A stretch of 64,000 nucleotides of DNA from Cyanophora paradoxa CCMP329. Taxonomy: Eukaryota; Plantae; Glaucophyta. The notes under the pieces were generated by a model. The model was not told the DNA's origin and did not search any database. It was given only the letters and a program-made list of their open reading frames with translations. Each line of letters starts with the position of its first letter. Within the stretch, counting starts at the first letter, position 1. Made by a program: the position numbers and the translations under genes. Below are positions 19,675 to 30,785 of this stretch, piece after piece. Where the stretch lies: the NCBI GenBank assembly GCA_004431415.1, contig QPMI01000455.1, positions 1 to 64,000 on the forward strand, given 5' to 3'.

Positions 19675-22600
19675 TTAATTAAAAGGAACAGAATTAATAC
19701 CATCTGGTAAGATGTATCTCTTTGCATCAAAGCAGTTCAGGGCAACCCTTCTACTCACAGTGTCTATTATTGTGTGATCTGCCCTTCTCTTCTGCTTGGC
19801 AGTCACAGTCTTGCTTATACCTGCAAATAAACACTGCTTAAAATCATTAAATTGGAGTTCCTCAGTTGAAGTCCCAGAGAGCTTACTTCTCTCAATCTCA
19901 GCAGTTCTGAAACTGTAAACTTTGGCTCTCAGACCCACATATTCCAATATAGCAGAACCTGGCATCTCATTTTTGTATTTACCTGGGGTCATTCTGTTGG
20001 ATCCCCCTAGGTCCAGATTATAGGATATATTATCTAGGTCCTCTTGGAGGGTCTTAGATTCGATATATAGACAAAAGGAATCAGTATCATGGAATAGTAA
20101 CTTGGCTTTTGTCCACTGGGTCCTTACAGTATCATAAAAGAATTGGTAATTATGCAGTTTGGCAGCATCCAAAACATAAGCCCCAATTGCAACAGGCTTA
20201 TCTAGTTTCACATGCTTTGTGTAAAACTCAAAGGCAACTGCTTTTTCGTTTATGGGGCTGGTTGATTTCACCAATGGAGAGGCTGCATATTTCATAAACA
20301 GTTTCTCACTGTTTGCAATCTTAACCACAGATCTACCTCTGCAAGATTCAATGCATTTCCATAGATTGAGTTATTCATGAGTTTATAGAAATCAGCCTCG
20401 AATTTATTCACTGCTTTCCTTCTCATCTCAGTGTTCAGCTCAATGTAGGGTTTCATTACAGGAGCCACAGTAAATGATAGGACCCTGTGAACTTTCTTTA
20501 ATTTCACCCCTTTGTCCAACAGATATTGCAGAAGAGGCTCAGAAATCACATAGTTTGCCACAGAACCAAAGGTTGCAGTTAGCTTTGGGGTTTTATCAAG
20601 CTCTTCTCCTGAGAGATCTAATAGGCTCTTTTGATATTGTGATAATTCCGCATATTCTACTATTTTCTTGTTAATAATTAGGGGAAATCACTGTGATCTA
20701 GAAACAGCCTAATTGGGTAATCCAGATCAACTTCTAGGAAACTGGATCTGTTATCTTGTGGGTTGAATTCGGTCTCCCATCTAAAATCACCAACTGGAAT
20801 TGGCTGACTCAAACAGTAGCCATACAAGTTGTTAGCATCAAACAGCATAATGTGGGAGTTTTCACCATCAGCCTCAGCATACCTACAAGGCATTGTTGCA
20901 AAGCCACCCTGATTCCCTCTCAACAAATTCGTATTGCTCTACATCACTTATAAGCTCTATTTTTGCCTTGGTGGTCCTAAGCATAGCATCCCAAGATAAC
21001 CCAGGGGCAGATACATAATGAACTGGGTCAAGTCCATATACTGAGTGTGAAAGCCTTCTGAAGGCTTGGAATTTGTTCATTAACTCATCTACATCAGCAG
21101 CTCCAAAATCCATGAAATTACTTGCATCAATGAACTTGTAAAGACCCCATTGCAATGAAAGGTATTGATCAAAGTTTTTCGAAAGGATTTCGATTCGCTT
21201 TTTATCTCCCAAACCTGCTATTTTTCTGAAAATGAATGACCCACAGTCATCCATTTGGTCAACAACCACTGCTACTTTGGTTTGCTTTGAGATTCTCCTA
21301 TGGAGATTGCAGTTTCTGCAAGCAGGAGCAATGTACTGACCTGTGTGGTGATCATGATCTCTGCATTTAAAGTTCTCCTTGGTGAACCTCTCACTGCAAA
21401 GGTAACAGTGTTTGGTAGCTCTGTAAATAGCCTTTTGCTCATCTGTGAGTTCATTCATGGGAATATTGGTGAACAGGAAATCGATTAGTTCTCTAGCTTT
21501 GGACTCCAAGCATTCAAACAGACCTCCCATTGGATCCTGCCCCTCAAATCGAAACTCCTGAACATCTGCCCCAGTGACTATTCTAATGTTGACTGCTGAG
21601 ACTTCCCTCTTGGATTTCGATGCATCAATGGGGATGCTTCTATGTTCAATCTTGCAGTAGACCACAACAGGAAGCCATACAGTTTTCCTAAGGTTTTTGA
21701 GTCCAAACTCTATGGTGGTCTCAGGTTTTGGTGTGATTCCCTTTGAGAGTCTCCAATCAATGCATCTGTTTGAGTCCACATGAGCAGTCAGTTTAGCCTC
21801 AGACCTGAATCGAGATAAGCATGTATCACAGTAGTGTAACTTTTGATCCTTGGTTTTATCAAGGGCAACTCTGAGAAGTCTTGAAAGGGACATGATAGTA
21901 ATATAGTGACCATTCCCTTCATCATCATGAATGAGCATTAGATTAATCTTTTGCTTTCTGCCTGGGTTGCTGGATTGATGTAGGGGATATATAACATCTC
22001 CATCCATTCCAAATATGTTTATGCTGATGCCTGCATTTTGAGATTCGAATTTATCAATGATTTCAGCATCACAAGGAACAGGGAATGGGATATTGTCGAA
22101 ATTGAGAGCCAAAGGATTGTATGTGGTTGGTGAGTATTTCCATTTGCGATATTGTGTAAGCTCACTTCTCTTGTGGGAATTTACATCTTTCCTATGGATC
22201 CATGCCAAAATGGCATTTTCAAAGCAAGAATCATCAATATTTCGAATATTCACTGTGGCTCTCTTGGCTGCAATTGATTCTGGTGTTTTAACATAGCAGC
22301 CACCAGTTGGGGCATAACTCATAATAGCAACTCTTAGCATTTCGATTCTCTCCAATCGATAGCTATCAACAACATTCATCTGTTCCTGACACATTTGGGC
22401 TGCTTTATTCAGCTCAGTTCGAATATTTCTCGATTTGGTTAATACAAAATAATCGCTGTAAATGTATTTCGATATCCAAACCTGTGGATTGCTGACTTTT
22501 ACGAACTTGCAGATAAACGACAAGCGAACTTTGATTGCCCTGAATTGATCCAGACTATCTCTTAAACGTTTTGGTAGAGAGGTTGCAATTCTATCTAAAT

Positions 22601-22916
22601 ATTCAATCACATCTACCACAACTTCCCTTCTGGCTCTGTATGTGAGCCAGCGATATAATTCATTCATGGCTGTTCCATCTTCTGCCTCTGGTTCTATTTG
22701 CCTCAGGCGATCGAGTTCATCAAGAGTCTCAACTTTGTCATAGAGGTTATTGGCTTTTCTGGTTAATTTTGCTAAAGTGGGTCTGCCCCTTGAAATAAAT
22801 CCGATTTCCCGGTCATATTCAGCCTCTGTGATTTCATGGGCTGCATACAGTGTTCCCAGTAATCCCATAAGTTCCCATTTCTTCTCTCTAATGAGTCTGT
22901 TGCTAATTCGGGGCAT
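19675..22916 (-). CDS. Protein-primed family B DNA polymerase (Maverick/adintovirus type), several frameshifts
   Basis: VNIRNIDDSCF, CRDHDHHTGQY...C..CN, LDPVHYVSAPGLSWDAML, DANNLYG, KLMNNSIYG, HDTDS and LRAKVY, spread over four ORF fragments. Confidence 0.9.
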
Positions 22917-22983
22917 AGTTCCTAACTTGTTCCTACTAAAAGGGGAGGTTTTAAATGGGGAATTCTGAACACAAAATTTGATG

Positions 22984-23022
22984 AAAACTACTTAAAGAAA
23001 TATCTTCTATATATATAAAAGG
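22984..23022 (+). promoter_or_regulatory. Putative early promoter ACTTAAAGAA-n-TCTTCTATATATATAAAAGG
   Basis: Near-identical copy at 24309-24348 and a variant at ~23850-23885, each shortly upstream of an ATG. Confidence 0.7.
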
Positions 23023-23025
23023 ACA

Positions 23026-23841
23026 ATGGCAGAGAAGAAATCGTATTGCCTGGAAAAGCTCAAAGCGGCTTTAATGTTGCTTTGTGGATCTGATAACTTC
23101 AATGATTATGTTGCTCTTGGAAGTAACAGGAAACCGCTCCCTCTTTGGGCAAAGCTTGCAAAATATGGATTAAGTGACTATGACCTGCCTCCAGAGTCTG
23201 AGCATTGCGCCTGTGATCATCCAATTAAAGAGCAATGCTATATTCTGCATGTTAATAAAAAGATTGTGGTCATTGTTGGGAATTGCTGCATTTTACGATT
23301 TATTCCAAAGGGTGCCAGAGGTCAAGATATATGTGAAAGATGTGGAGATCGGCATAAAAACCGAAAGGATAATTTCTGTAATAAGTGCAGAATCGCTTTA
23401 AAGCAAGAAGAACTGGAAAGAAAAAGAGAACTTGAAAAACAAGAGGAAGCTCGAAAGAGGCAGCTTGAATTAGAAGAAAGAGAGCGAAAACAGAGAGAAT
23501 TAGAACAAGAAAGAGCAAGGAATAAACATGCAGTTAACCTTTTCCTGATTTGGAGCAACCAGTTTATTCCGAAAATGGATAATCTTCGCAGAGATGATAT
23601 AGAGAGGTTCAGAGAGGGCAGATCTGCATTGATTGAAATGTATGCAGAACTCAGTACAACAAATACATTGGTTGCTGGGTTTCAGGTGCCTTATCTTAAA
23701 AAAGATATCGCAAAAGGATTAGATTGCAGATGGAATAAGGACAAGAAAACATGGGAGACCTTGGAAATCGAACCATTTGTAGCATTGCTAGGTAAGCATT
23801 TCAAACTTATGTATATTGAGCGATTTGGACAAAGAGGTTAG
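23026..23841 (+). CDS. Cys-rich Zn-binding protein with coiled coil and DUF5710-like C-terminus
   Basis: CACDHPI...VGNCCI, CERC...CNKC, VPYLKKDIAKGLDCRWNKDKKTW. Confidence 0.7.
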   Translation: MAEKKSYCLEKLKAALMLLCGSDNFNDYVALGSNRKPLPLWAKLAKYGLSDYDLPPESEHCACDHPIKEQCYILHVNKKIVVIVGNCCILRFIPKGARGQDICERCGDRHKNRKDNFCNKCRIALKQEELERKRELEKQEEARKRQLELEERERKQRELEQERARNKHAVNLFLIWSNQFIPKMDNLRRDDIERFREGRSALIEMYAELSTTNTLVAGFQVPYLKKDIAKGLDCRWNKDKKTWETLEIEPFVALLGKHFKLMYIERFGQRG

Positions 23842-23897
23842 AGAACAAAAAATGATTTAAAGAATTCTCTATATATATTAAGAGAGACAGAGGAAAA

Positions 23898-24152
23898 ATG
23901 CCACTCAGTGAAGCCCAGAAGAGAGCTATGAAGAGATACCAGCAAACTGAAAAAGGTAAGGCTCAAATCAAAAAGTTTAACGAAAAAATAGCCACACAGC
24001 TTAGAGATCTATATCAAACCGATGATACCTATAGAGCAATGAAAATAGCAAGTTCATGTCAGCGAAAGTATGCAGCCAATGCAGTCTGCTTTGTCAAGTA
24101 TTTGTATGATGTCCCTTACTCAAATAGAGGGAGAAAATTGAAACATGTCTAA
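23898..24152 (+). CDS. Small basic protein
   Basis: MPLSEAQKRAMKRYQQTEKGK, with the promoter motif upstream. Confidence 0.7.
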   Translation: MPLSEAQKRAMKRYQQTEKGKAQIKKFNEKIATQLRDLYQTDDTYRAMKIASSCQRKYAANAVCFVKYLYDVPYSNRGRKLKHV

Positions 24153-24308
24153 ATTATTTTTCCCAGCATATTACTAGGCTGGGGATATGCTGTTTATTCG
24201 CTGAAATACCCATTCATCCTTTTTGTATCTAAACCACTCGATATATCATGTGGATAAATTTCGTAGGGATACTTTCTCGATTTCCAACAAAAAATGATTG
24301 GGGGACCC

Positions 24309-24348
24309 AAAACTACTTAAAGAAAAATCTTCTATATATATAAAAGGG
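24309..24348 (+). promoter_or_regulatory. Putative early promoter, copy upstream of the primase-helicase
   Basis: Matches 22984-23022. Confidence 0.7.
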
Positions 24349-24364
24349 ACCCCGATCGCTGAAA

Positions 24365-26692
24365 ATGAACGCCAAACAGACCAAGTTAATTAAATCGCTC
24401 GCTAACTGGCTTCGTTCTGATGAGGAACTTGCCAAAAACATGATTATCCCAGTGAAACCTGACAGCAAAGACCCAGTTTTCAAGCATAAGGGAGGTGCTT
24501 GGTCCTGGGAAAAGTATGAGGAAGCGCTGGCAACTAATCAGTATGTATCTTGGGGCATTCTGCTCTCAGACAACATGATGGTTATTGACTTTGATGATGA
24601 GGAGGACTTTGAGAAATTCCGAGATATGTTTCCTGATGACTTTGATGCCAATCAACCCATGGCAAAAACTAAAAAAGGCTATCATGTCTACTTTAAACGA
24701 CCTGAGGAGTTCAATAAACTCCAAATCACCGATAAGGCTCCAGGCTTTAAAGGCTTTGAAAAGGTTGACCTGAAAACAATCACTGGAACTGGAACTTCTG
24801 GATTAATTAATGTTTGTCCCAGTGTCAACAAGACCTGGGTAATTGCTCCATGGGATGATACCTGTGATTTCAATGAGCCTACTGATGAGTTTAAAAAGTG
24901 GATTGCAGAGAACTATATCTATAAGAGTGAGTATACTGCTAGTGCTAGCTCAAATGATGAACTGGAAAAGAGTATTCTTAAAGAGCTGGTGGATATGGGC
25001 TTTATGCATCCCAATATAATCTCTAAAACTGAACTGGGCTTTAACTTTGATGCTGCCAATAAGGGACTCAATTGCCCATGCTGCAATGGGTCACATGAAT
25101 CGAATAACTGGTATGTTATGAAAGCCAAAGGGGAAGATAAAAAGTATATTGTGTCCAGCTACAGTGGCAATTGCAAAAAACGATTTATCTTCATTGGAAT
25201 GCAATCTGATATCTTCAATCTCATTGATAAATCCGCTGGCTCTGGAGGCGCTCATTATGATGTCAGTCTTGTGTGCAAAGAGGTCCTACAACACACTTGG
25301 AGATACTCCAAAAAGTCATGGTTCAAACTCAATACTGATACTGGGATTTGGGAGCATGATGACACAAACCAAAAGATTTACCTAGATATTAGTTGCCTTG
25401 TTGTCCCTCAATACCTTGGCAGGGCTGTGCATTATATCCAAAGAGCTTTGAAGGATGAAGAGAATAGAACAGCTTTCGAAGAGAAATCGAAAACATTAAT
25501 TTCTATTGCCAAAAATCTTAAACAATCAGGATATCGCAAATCCCTTCTGACTGATTTGCTCCCTCTGCTCAATGATGATGAGTTCTATGAGAAGATTGAT
25601 ACAGTTCCATATGTTATTGGATTCGATAATGGTGTGTTTGATCTGACAACTATGACTTTCAGAAAGGGTAAACTGGAAGATATGGTGAGCAAGAGTGTGG
25701 GTTATGATTATACTGACAATGTGGACCCCAAGAAAGTGGAGCATCTCAACCAGATTTATAGAGAGATTGTAGATGATCCAGCAGAGCGAAACTATCTTCT
25801 GGCATCTATTGCCATTGCTTTGAGTGGATCAACAAAATCACAGAAGTTCTACATGTGGACTGGTGCTGGTGCTAATGGTAAATCACTTGTTCAGGAATAC
25901 TGCAAACAGATATCTGGGGCTTATTACAGCCCTCTCGAAATATCCTATTGGACCAAACCTAAGAAGAACTCATCAGATGCTACCCCTGAACTTGCCAAAC
26001 TCCTGGGAAAGCGACTTGTATTCAGTAATGAGGCTGAAGATGGTGATAAACTGCAAATTTCCAAGATTAAGGAGGTTACAGGTGGAAATGAAATGACTGT
26101 GAGAGCCTTGTTCAAAGACCCGGTTATCCTTACCCCAATGTTCCAGGTTTACATTACAACTAATGACAATTTGACTATAAATAAACCAGACTTTGCAATT
26201 CAAAGAAGGCTTTCATACCAGAGATTCAATAATATATTCAGAGAGAAGCCTGAAGCTGGTCAAAAGAAAGCTGACCCAACTCTGTTCACACTTCTTCACA
26301 ATGATGATGAGTATAAGATGGCTCACATGAAGATATTACTGGATATGTGGAAGAACAAAGAAGTTGAAGAGATCTTAAGAAATCCCCCTCAATCGATTAT
26401 TGAGCAGGGAATAAACTTTATAGCTGAAAATGACAAGATTGGTGAATGGCTTAGGGATAATTTCGAAGTTACCCATAATGCAAACGACTTTGTTTCGAGT
26501 GATACCATTTACAAATCATACAGAAGTGTCGATGATAAAGTTGAATGTGTTTCTGTGATGAAGAGAGTAAGGGAAATCTTCAATGTGAAATCAGAGGTTA
26601 AACGAATTCAGGGAACCAGAGCAAGGGGCTACATTGGACTTCGAAAGATAACAAGGGTTCAAGAAGACAATGGAGAGGATGTTGAATATTAA
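24365..26692 (+). CDS. PrimPol (AEP) primase fused to a D5-like SF3 helicase
   Basis: VIDFDD, KTKKGYHVYF, Zn motif CPCC...H...C, IGFDNGVFDL, Walker A GAGANGKS, KEVTGG...RALF, AIQRR. Confidence 0.92.
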   Translation: MNAKQTKLIKSLANWLRSDEELAKNMIIPVKPDSKDPVFKHKGGAWSWEKYEEALATNQYVSWGILLSDNMMVIDFDDEEDFEKFRDMFPDDFDANQPMAKTKKGYHVYFKRPEEFNKLQITDKAPGFKGFEKVDLKTITGTGTSGLINVCPSVNKTWVIAPWDDTCDFNEPTDEFKKWIAENYIYKSEYTASASSNDELEKSILKELVDMGFMHPNIISKTELGFNFDAANKGLNCPCCNGSHESNNWYVMKAKGEDKKYIVSSYSGNCKKRFIFIGMQSDIFNLIDKSAGSGGAHYDVSLVCKEVLQHTWRYSKKSWFKLNTDTGIWEHDDTNQKIYLDISCLVVPQYLGRAVHYIQRALKDEENRTAFEEKSKTLISIAKNLKQSGYRKSLLTDLLPLLNDDEFYEKIDTVPYVIGFDNGVFDLTTMTFRKGKLEDMVSKSVGYDYTDNVDPKKVEHLNQIYREIVDDPAERNYLLASIAIALSGSTKSQKFYMWTGAGANGKSLVQEYCKQISGAYYSPLEISYWTKPKKNSSDATPELAKLLGKRLVFSNEAEDGDKLQISKIKEVTGGNEMTVRALFKDPVILTPMFQVYITTNDNLTINKPDFAIQRRLSYQRFNNIFREKPEAGQKKADPTLFTLLHNDDEYKMAHMKILLDMWKNKEVEEILRNPPQSIIEQGINFIAENDKIGEWLRDNFEVTHNANDFVSSDTIYKSYRSVDDKVECVSVMKRVREIFNVKSEVKRIQGTRARGYIGLRKITRVQEDNGEDVEY

Positions 26693-26752
26693 ACAAAACG
26701 ATTTATGATTGAAATGTATATGTAATTTTTATAGCCTTACTGGAAATGGTGT

Positions 26753-26845
26753 TGTTCACAGGTGTCACAGGTCCATCCCATCTAGGGGGCTATAAAACGA
26801 AAAATGACCAGGGGACGATAAAAACCTGTGAACACCTGTGACACC
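26753..26845. promoter_or_regulatory. Internal copy of the TIR iteron hairpin, just downstream of the primase-helicase
   Basis: CACAGGTGTCACAGGTCCATCCCATC is shared with the TIR. Opposing arm CCTGTGAACACCTGTGACAC. Confidence 0.6.
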
Positions 26846-26912
26846 TATCGAAAAAGACCAAAATTTGACAAGAATACTTAAAGCTTACTTGATTGTGTAT
26901 AGTGGAGACAAA

Positions 26913-27134
26913 ATGGCAAAAACTCTTGATGAGATGACCATGAATGAGTTAGATAAATGCATAAAGCATGGAGATATAGGGGCATATATCGAAATGTCAC
27001 AGAGATTGATAGGTTACAATATGTATGCAGCAAAACCAAAGAGAAATAGATCAGTAAACATTCACATAACTGTTTCAGTGTCTGAGAATGCAAACAAAAA
27101 ACAACAAAAGCATATTTACAAAAGTTATCTGTGA
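26913..27134 (+). CDS. Hypothetical protein
   Basis: ATG preceded by the ACTTAAAG motif. Confidence 0.45.
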   Translation: MAKTLDEMTMNELDKCIKHGDIGAYIEMSQRLIGYNMYAAKPKRNRSVNIHITVSVSENANKKQQKHIYKSYL

Positions 27135-27227
27135 CTTGCAATTGATTGCAAGTATAAAGCCAATTCCTTTGTATATATTTTTATAGCTGCCTCAGTGGCA
27201 TACTGAGACCGCTTTTGCTCAATTATC

Positions 27228-27473
27228 TTATAGACCTGGGGGTCCATTGCTACTATCAGTAGGCAAATAATATTTAATCGGTCTCCCTCTGGGTCTCTGC
27301 TCCTCTTTTTGGGCTTTTCTGCGATAATAGGATGCCAAGGCTTGCTGCTTTTTATACTCTCTATATGCTGGGTCCTCTCTATATCGTTTCTGCATTGCTA
27401 GAATGTGTCTAATAGAACCCTCAGTAACAGGTTCATCACTGGTAAACTCGATTAAACTAATAGTGTCCTCCAT
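27228..27473 (-). CDS. Small AT-hook-like DNA-binding protein
   Basis: RPRGRP motif and basic helix. Confidence 0.65.
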   Translation of the reverse strand: MEDTISLIEFTSDEPVTEGSIRHILAMQKRYREDPAYREYKKQQALASYYRRKAQKEEQRPRGRPIKYYLPTDSSNGPPGL

Positions 27474-27729
27474 TTATATTCCCAGAGAAAACGTTTTCTG
27501 CTGGCAGAGAACTTCTCCTTGGATACTCCTGTTGCTCATATGTATACTCTGTGGGGTCTGCTGGCATTGATTCCACTGAAACTGTTGACCTCCTTCTTTC
27601 TCTTGCCTCAGATACATTATCCTCAGTATCTGACATCTCAAACTCTATTGTTGTGTCACAGCATCCACTGTGGCAATTGCTCACCACATGCAGACTGAGC
27701 ATCTCAATAAACTTTCGTATTATATCCAT
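27457..27729 (-). CDS. Small SxCC-motif protein
   Basis: HSGCCDTTIEF followed by an acidic tail. Resembles 44833-45078. Confidence 0.55.
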   Translation of the reverse strand: MDIIRKFIEMLSLHVVSNCHSGCCDTTIEFEMSDTEDNVSEARERRRSTVSVESMPADPTEYTYEQQEYPRRSSLPAENVFSGNINGGHY

Positions 27730-27751
27730 GTCTCTAATAAAACAGAGAAAA

Positions 27752-28486
27752 TTAAAGCCAAACTCGTCTTTTATATACTGTGGGAGCTACTCCCTTTTCT
27801 ACTTCAGCTTTAGTGGCACCAGGTTCAATGGTTCCCTTCTGGGTCTTTGTTTTCATTTCATCTACTGCCTGCTCATCGATTTGGGTCTCTTTCTTAGCAA
27901 TAAACTGTTTATCTGGGACACCAGTAATGCCCATTTTATAAACTTCCTTTCGAAGCATCTCCTTTAGCTTGGCTCTCTCTTTCTTCTCAGTAACATACTG
28001 CTCCAAGGCACTTGATTTGGCTTCCAGATCTTTGAGTTTAGCAGTCATCTCATCCCATTGAGCCTTGGGAATTCGATGAATATTTTGAGTGGGAGCAGTC
28101 TTATATGTGACTTCACCAGCCATAGACTGGATTACCTTGTCTGATTCTTTACTGAGACCCTCACCTTTGCGAGCCAGTGATAGATCTTGCAAGCCTAAAC
28201 CTTTATCATCAGCAGCACCAATAATTCGCCTGGCTCCCTCAGCAACAGCCTTCATCTTTGAGGCTTCAGGTGAAATGTTGAGTTGGTCACTGGTTGAAGC
28301 CTGTGGGGCTTTGTCATCAAATGATTCCTCATAGGCAGCATTGAGGGGGTCTTCTTGTTGTTGAGAGGGCTTCACTTCATTCATACCATTGAATTTCAGT
28401 GGGTCTGTGTTAATGGATCCATTGTTTCCACCACCTGAATAGCCAACAGCCCCAGCTGGGATCCCTATCTTTCGTTTGGGAGGCAT
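27752..28486 (-). CDS. Conserved PLV protein, possible core protein
   Basis: NLS-like start MPPKRK. Homologous to 2765-3397. Confidence 0.7.
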   Translation of the reverse strand: MPPKRKIGIPAGAVGYSGGGNNGSINTDPLKFNGMNEVKPSQQQEDPLNAAYEESFDDKAPQASTSDQLNISPEASKMKAVAEGARRIIGAADDKGLGLQDLSLARKGEGLSKESDKVIQSMAGEVTYKTAPTQNIHRIPKAQWDEMTAKLKDLEAKSSALEQYVTEKKERAKLKEMLRKEVYKMGITGVPDKQFIAKKETQIDEQAVDEMKTKTQKGTIEPGATKAEVEKGVAPTVYKRRVWL

Positions 28487-28564
28487 TGTATCTTTATTAG
28501 AATGAGAGATAATTTTATAAACCGCGTTTATATCGCATCAATTTATTGCTATGGACTTGGCTTT

Positions 28565-29296
28565 TCACTTCTTTGGGGCTTCCTCTTTCTCTGGTGGTTT
28601 CAGTTCATCTTCTTTCTTTTTTGGCTTCCTGTGGAAGCGAGGAAATGGGAAATCTTTCACAAGCTCAGCTTTATCTACATAGTATTTAACTGAGTAGTTT
28701 GCAGAGGACCAAATGATATACTGATAGGAGTGAACATACTCTTCAAACATCTTGTAGAAATCCTCTTTATTTCGCATTATATTGTATTCTTCCTCTATGG
28801 CTTCCAGTTCTTTGCGATTTGCAGCACTTAGAAACATTGCATAATCCGAATTTACTCGAATAGTCGAAGAGACTTTTCTTAGCTTTTGTGTGATGCAGAT
28901 AATGGATATTTTCGAATGGCGACCTCTGGAATACAGAGATCCGATTATTTTATCCCTTGTGAGATCGACTATCTCATTATCGATTAAATCATCTAAAACC
29001 ACACACAATTGGTTAACAGGTTCACCTTTCTCTATTTTCTCTTGCCTCTCATCTAGCAATTTAGCAATGTAAGGGGCATCCCATTTTCCCAGTTGCAGTG
29101 TTGCCACTTTATCCCAGAAATGATTGAAGCTGGTTCCACTCACAACTAATACAACATCAATCTTTTTGGCATCATGTAATTGCTTTAACCAATACTTTAC
29201 AGCTTCTGATTTACCAGTTGCTGATTTTCCTATTGCCAATACACGAAATGGTGGTTCTATCATTTCACCAGCCACAAATTCATCCAAATCAGTCAT
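28565..29296 (-). CDS. A32/FtsK-like packaging ATPase
   Basis: GKSATGKS, CVVLDDL, GRHSKISIICITQ. Confidence 0.9.
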   Translation of the reverse strand: MTDLDEFVAGEMIEPPFRVLAIGKSATGKSEAVKYWLKQLHDAKKIDVVLVVSGTSFNHFWDKVATLQLGKWDAPYIAKLLDERQEKIEKGEPVNQLCVVLDDLIDNEIVDLTRDKIIGSLYSRGRHSKISIICITQKLRKVSSTIRVNSDYAMFLSAANRKELEAIEEEYNIMRNKEDFYKMFEEYVHSYQYIIWSSANYSVKYYVDKAELVKDFPFPRFHRKPKKKEDELKPPEKEEAPKK

Positions 29297-29361
29297 TGTT
29301 GTATATCTTTCTTAATAAAGACATATAAAAATAATGCAGGGAGACTGAAAATCGTAACAAT

Positions 29362-30732
29362 CTATAAATTAATTCTGCGTAAACCATCTTTGTCCAAAAT
29401 TATATAGGAATGCATGAGAGCGCGAACATTAACATCGATTACCTTATCTGAAGGCATGTAGAGGGTGAGGAAGGAAGAAGAGGAATTTGTTAAATCAACA
29501 TAACCAGACTGGGCAATATTTCGAATCGCCTTCTCTCCATCAATGCAGAAACTTAAACCTGAAAGGACATATTTATCTGCGACCTTATCCATGTTAGAGC
29601 ATTTGAAGGCATCAGCAATTAGCTCAGCACCTTTGAGTAGGGAAATTGGCTCAGTGGCAAAAAGTCGCTGTCCATTAATTTCAACAGTGAAAGTAATATC
29701 TTTGGAGTTAGCATAGGTCTTAAGAACACTGTGGGAGCCATTGGATTTGTCAACAGTTTCATGATCACGAACTGAAACAAGCAGAGCATATACAAGACCT
29801 GAGATTTGAGAGAGGTTAATTCGATTGGGTTGGGCATTGCCCTTGGCAGGGAAAGCACTAGCATCTACAAATCCAATATCAAGGGAGGGAATAGCCATGC
29901 CAGTTGTCTTAACCTTTTCAATGACAGTAGCGAAAAGCTCATCAGAAACATTAATAGCATGCATGTAAAGGCGAGGAGAAGTAATAGAAATAACAGGAGT
30001 TGTTGCACCAAGACTGAAAGTTGTGATATTTTGACCAACATGGGCGAGTGTGGCATTAGCAGTATCACCAAGACCATCATCTTCTGTCTTATCAGCAACT
30101 GTCCCACCAACAACAGGGAGAGAGCGACCACCATAGGAAGTTTCAACATAACCCTTTCCAGCATCCTTAAACCAAACAGTAACAACCATTTCACCAGATA
30201 AAGCACCAAGGGGAAGGTAGTGATTTAGCCAAGGCACAGGGATTTCAACAAAGAATGAGCCACCAAGGCGGTTGGTTCCATGAGCAGGGATGCCATGAAC
30301 CATGCCCATTGATCGCTTCTTTTTAGCTAGTTGATCCTCCGAATAATAGACCAGGGGGAAATGAGCAAGGAAATCAGATGGAATATGGTAGGTGTAAGAT
30401 CCATAGGTAATTTCAAGTCGCTGAACTAAAGCACCAACTGGGCGAGTGTATCCATTGCGAACTAGGTCAGTATCACCAGCAAACGTGATGGCTGGAAGGT
30501 CGAAAGCAAGTTCGAGTTTTCCACAGAAATTGTAGCGAGGTAGCTTGAAGGAAATGCGATTTCCAACATTATTCTCAAAAGTATTGCTGGGATTCACAAC
30601 AACTAGAACTGGCTTAGATTTGGATTCGAGACCAAGCATAAGGGAGTTATCCAGGAAAAAGGCTTTCGCCTCTTCTGGGGTTGTTAGGGCTTCTTTCAGC
30701 GAAAGTCTTTGAAGCGTGGAAGTGATATCCAT
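29362..30732 (-). CDS. Major capsid protein
   Basis: Clear full-length homologue of 4259-5647. Likely start MDITSTL. Confidence 0.8.
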   Translation of the reverse strand: MDITSTLQRLSLKEALTTPEEAKAFFLDNSLMLGLESKSKPVLVVVNPSNTFENNVGNRISFKLPRYNFCGKLELAFDLPAITFAGDTDLVRNGYTRPVGALVQRLEITYGSYTYHIPSDFLAHFPLVYYSEDQLAKKKRSMGMVHGIPAHGTNRLGGSFFVEIPVPWLNHYLPLGALSGEMVVTVWFKDAGKGYVETSYGGRSLPVVGGTVADKTEDDGLGDTANATLAHVGQNITTFSLGATTPVISITSPRLYMHAINVSDELFATVIEKVKTTGMAIPSLDIGFVDASAFPAKGNAQPNRINLSQISGLVYALLVSVRDHETVDKSNGSHSVLKTYANSKDITFTVEINGQRLFATEPISLLKGAELIADAFKCSNMDKVADKYVLSGLSFCIDGEKAIRNIAQSGYVDLTNSSSSFLTLYMPSDKVIDVNVRALMHSYIILDKDGLRRINL

Positions 30733-30785
30733 TATATTCTCTTTTATTATACTGCAACATAAAAAATCTACCAATGATCCTTAAT

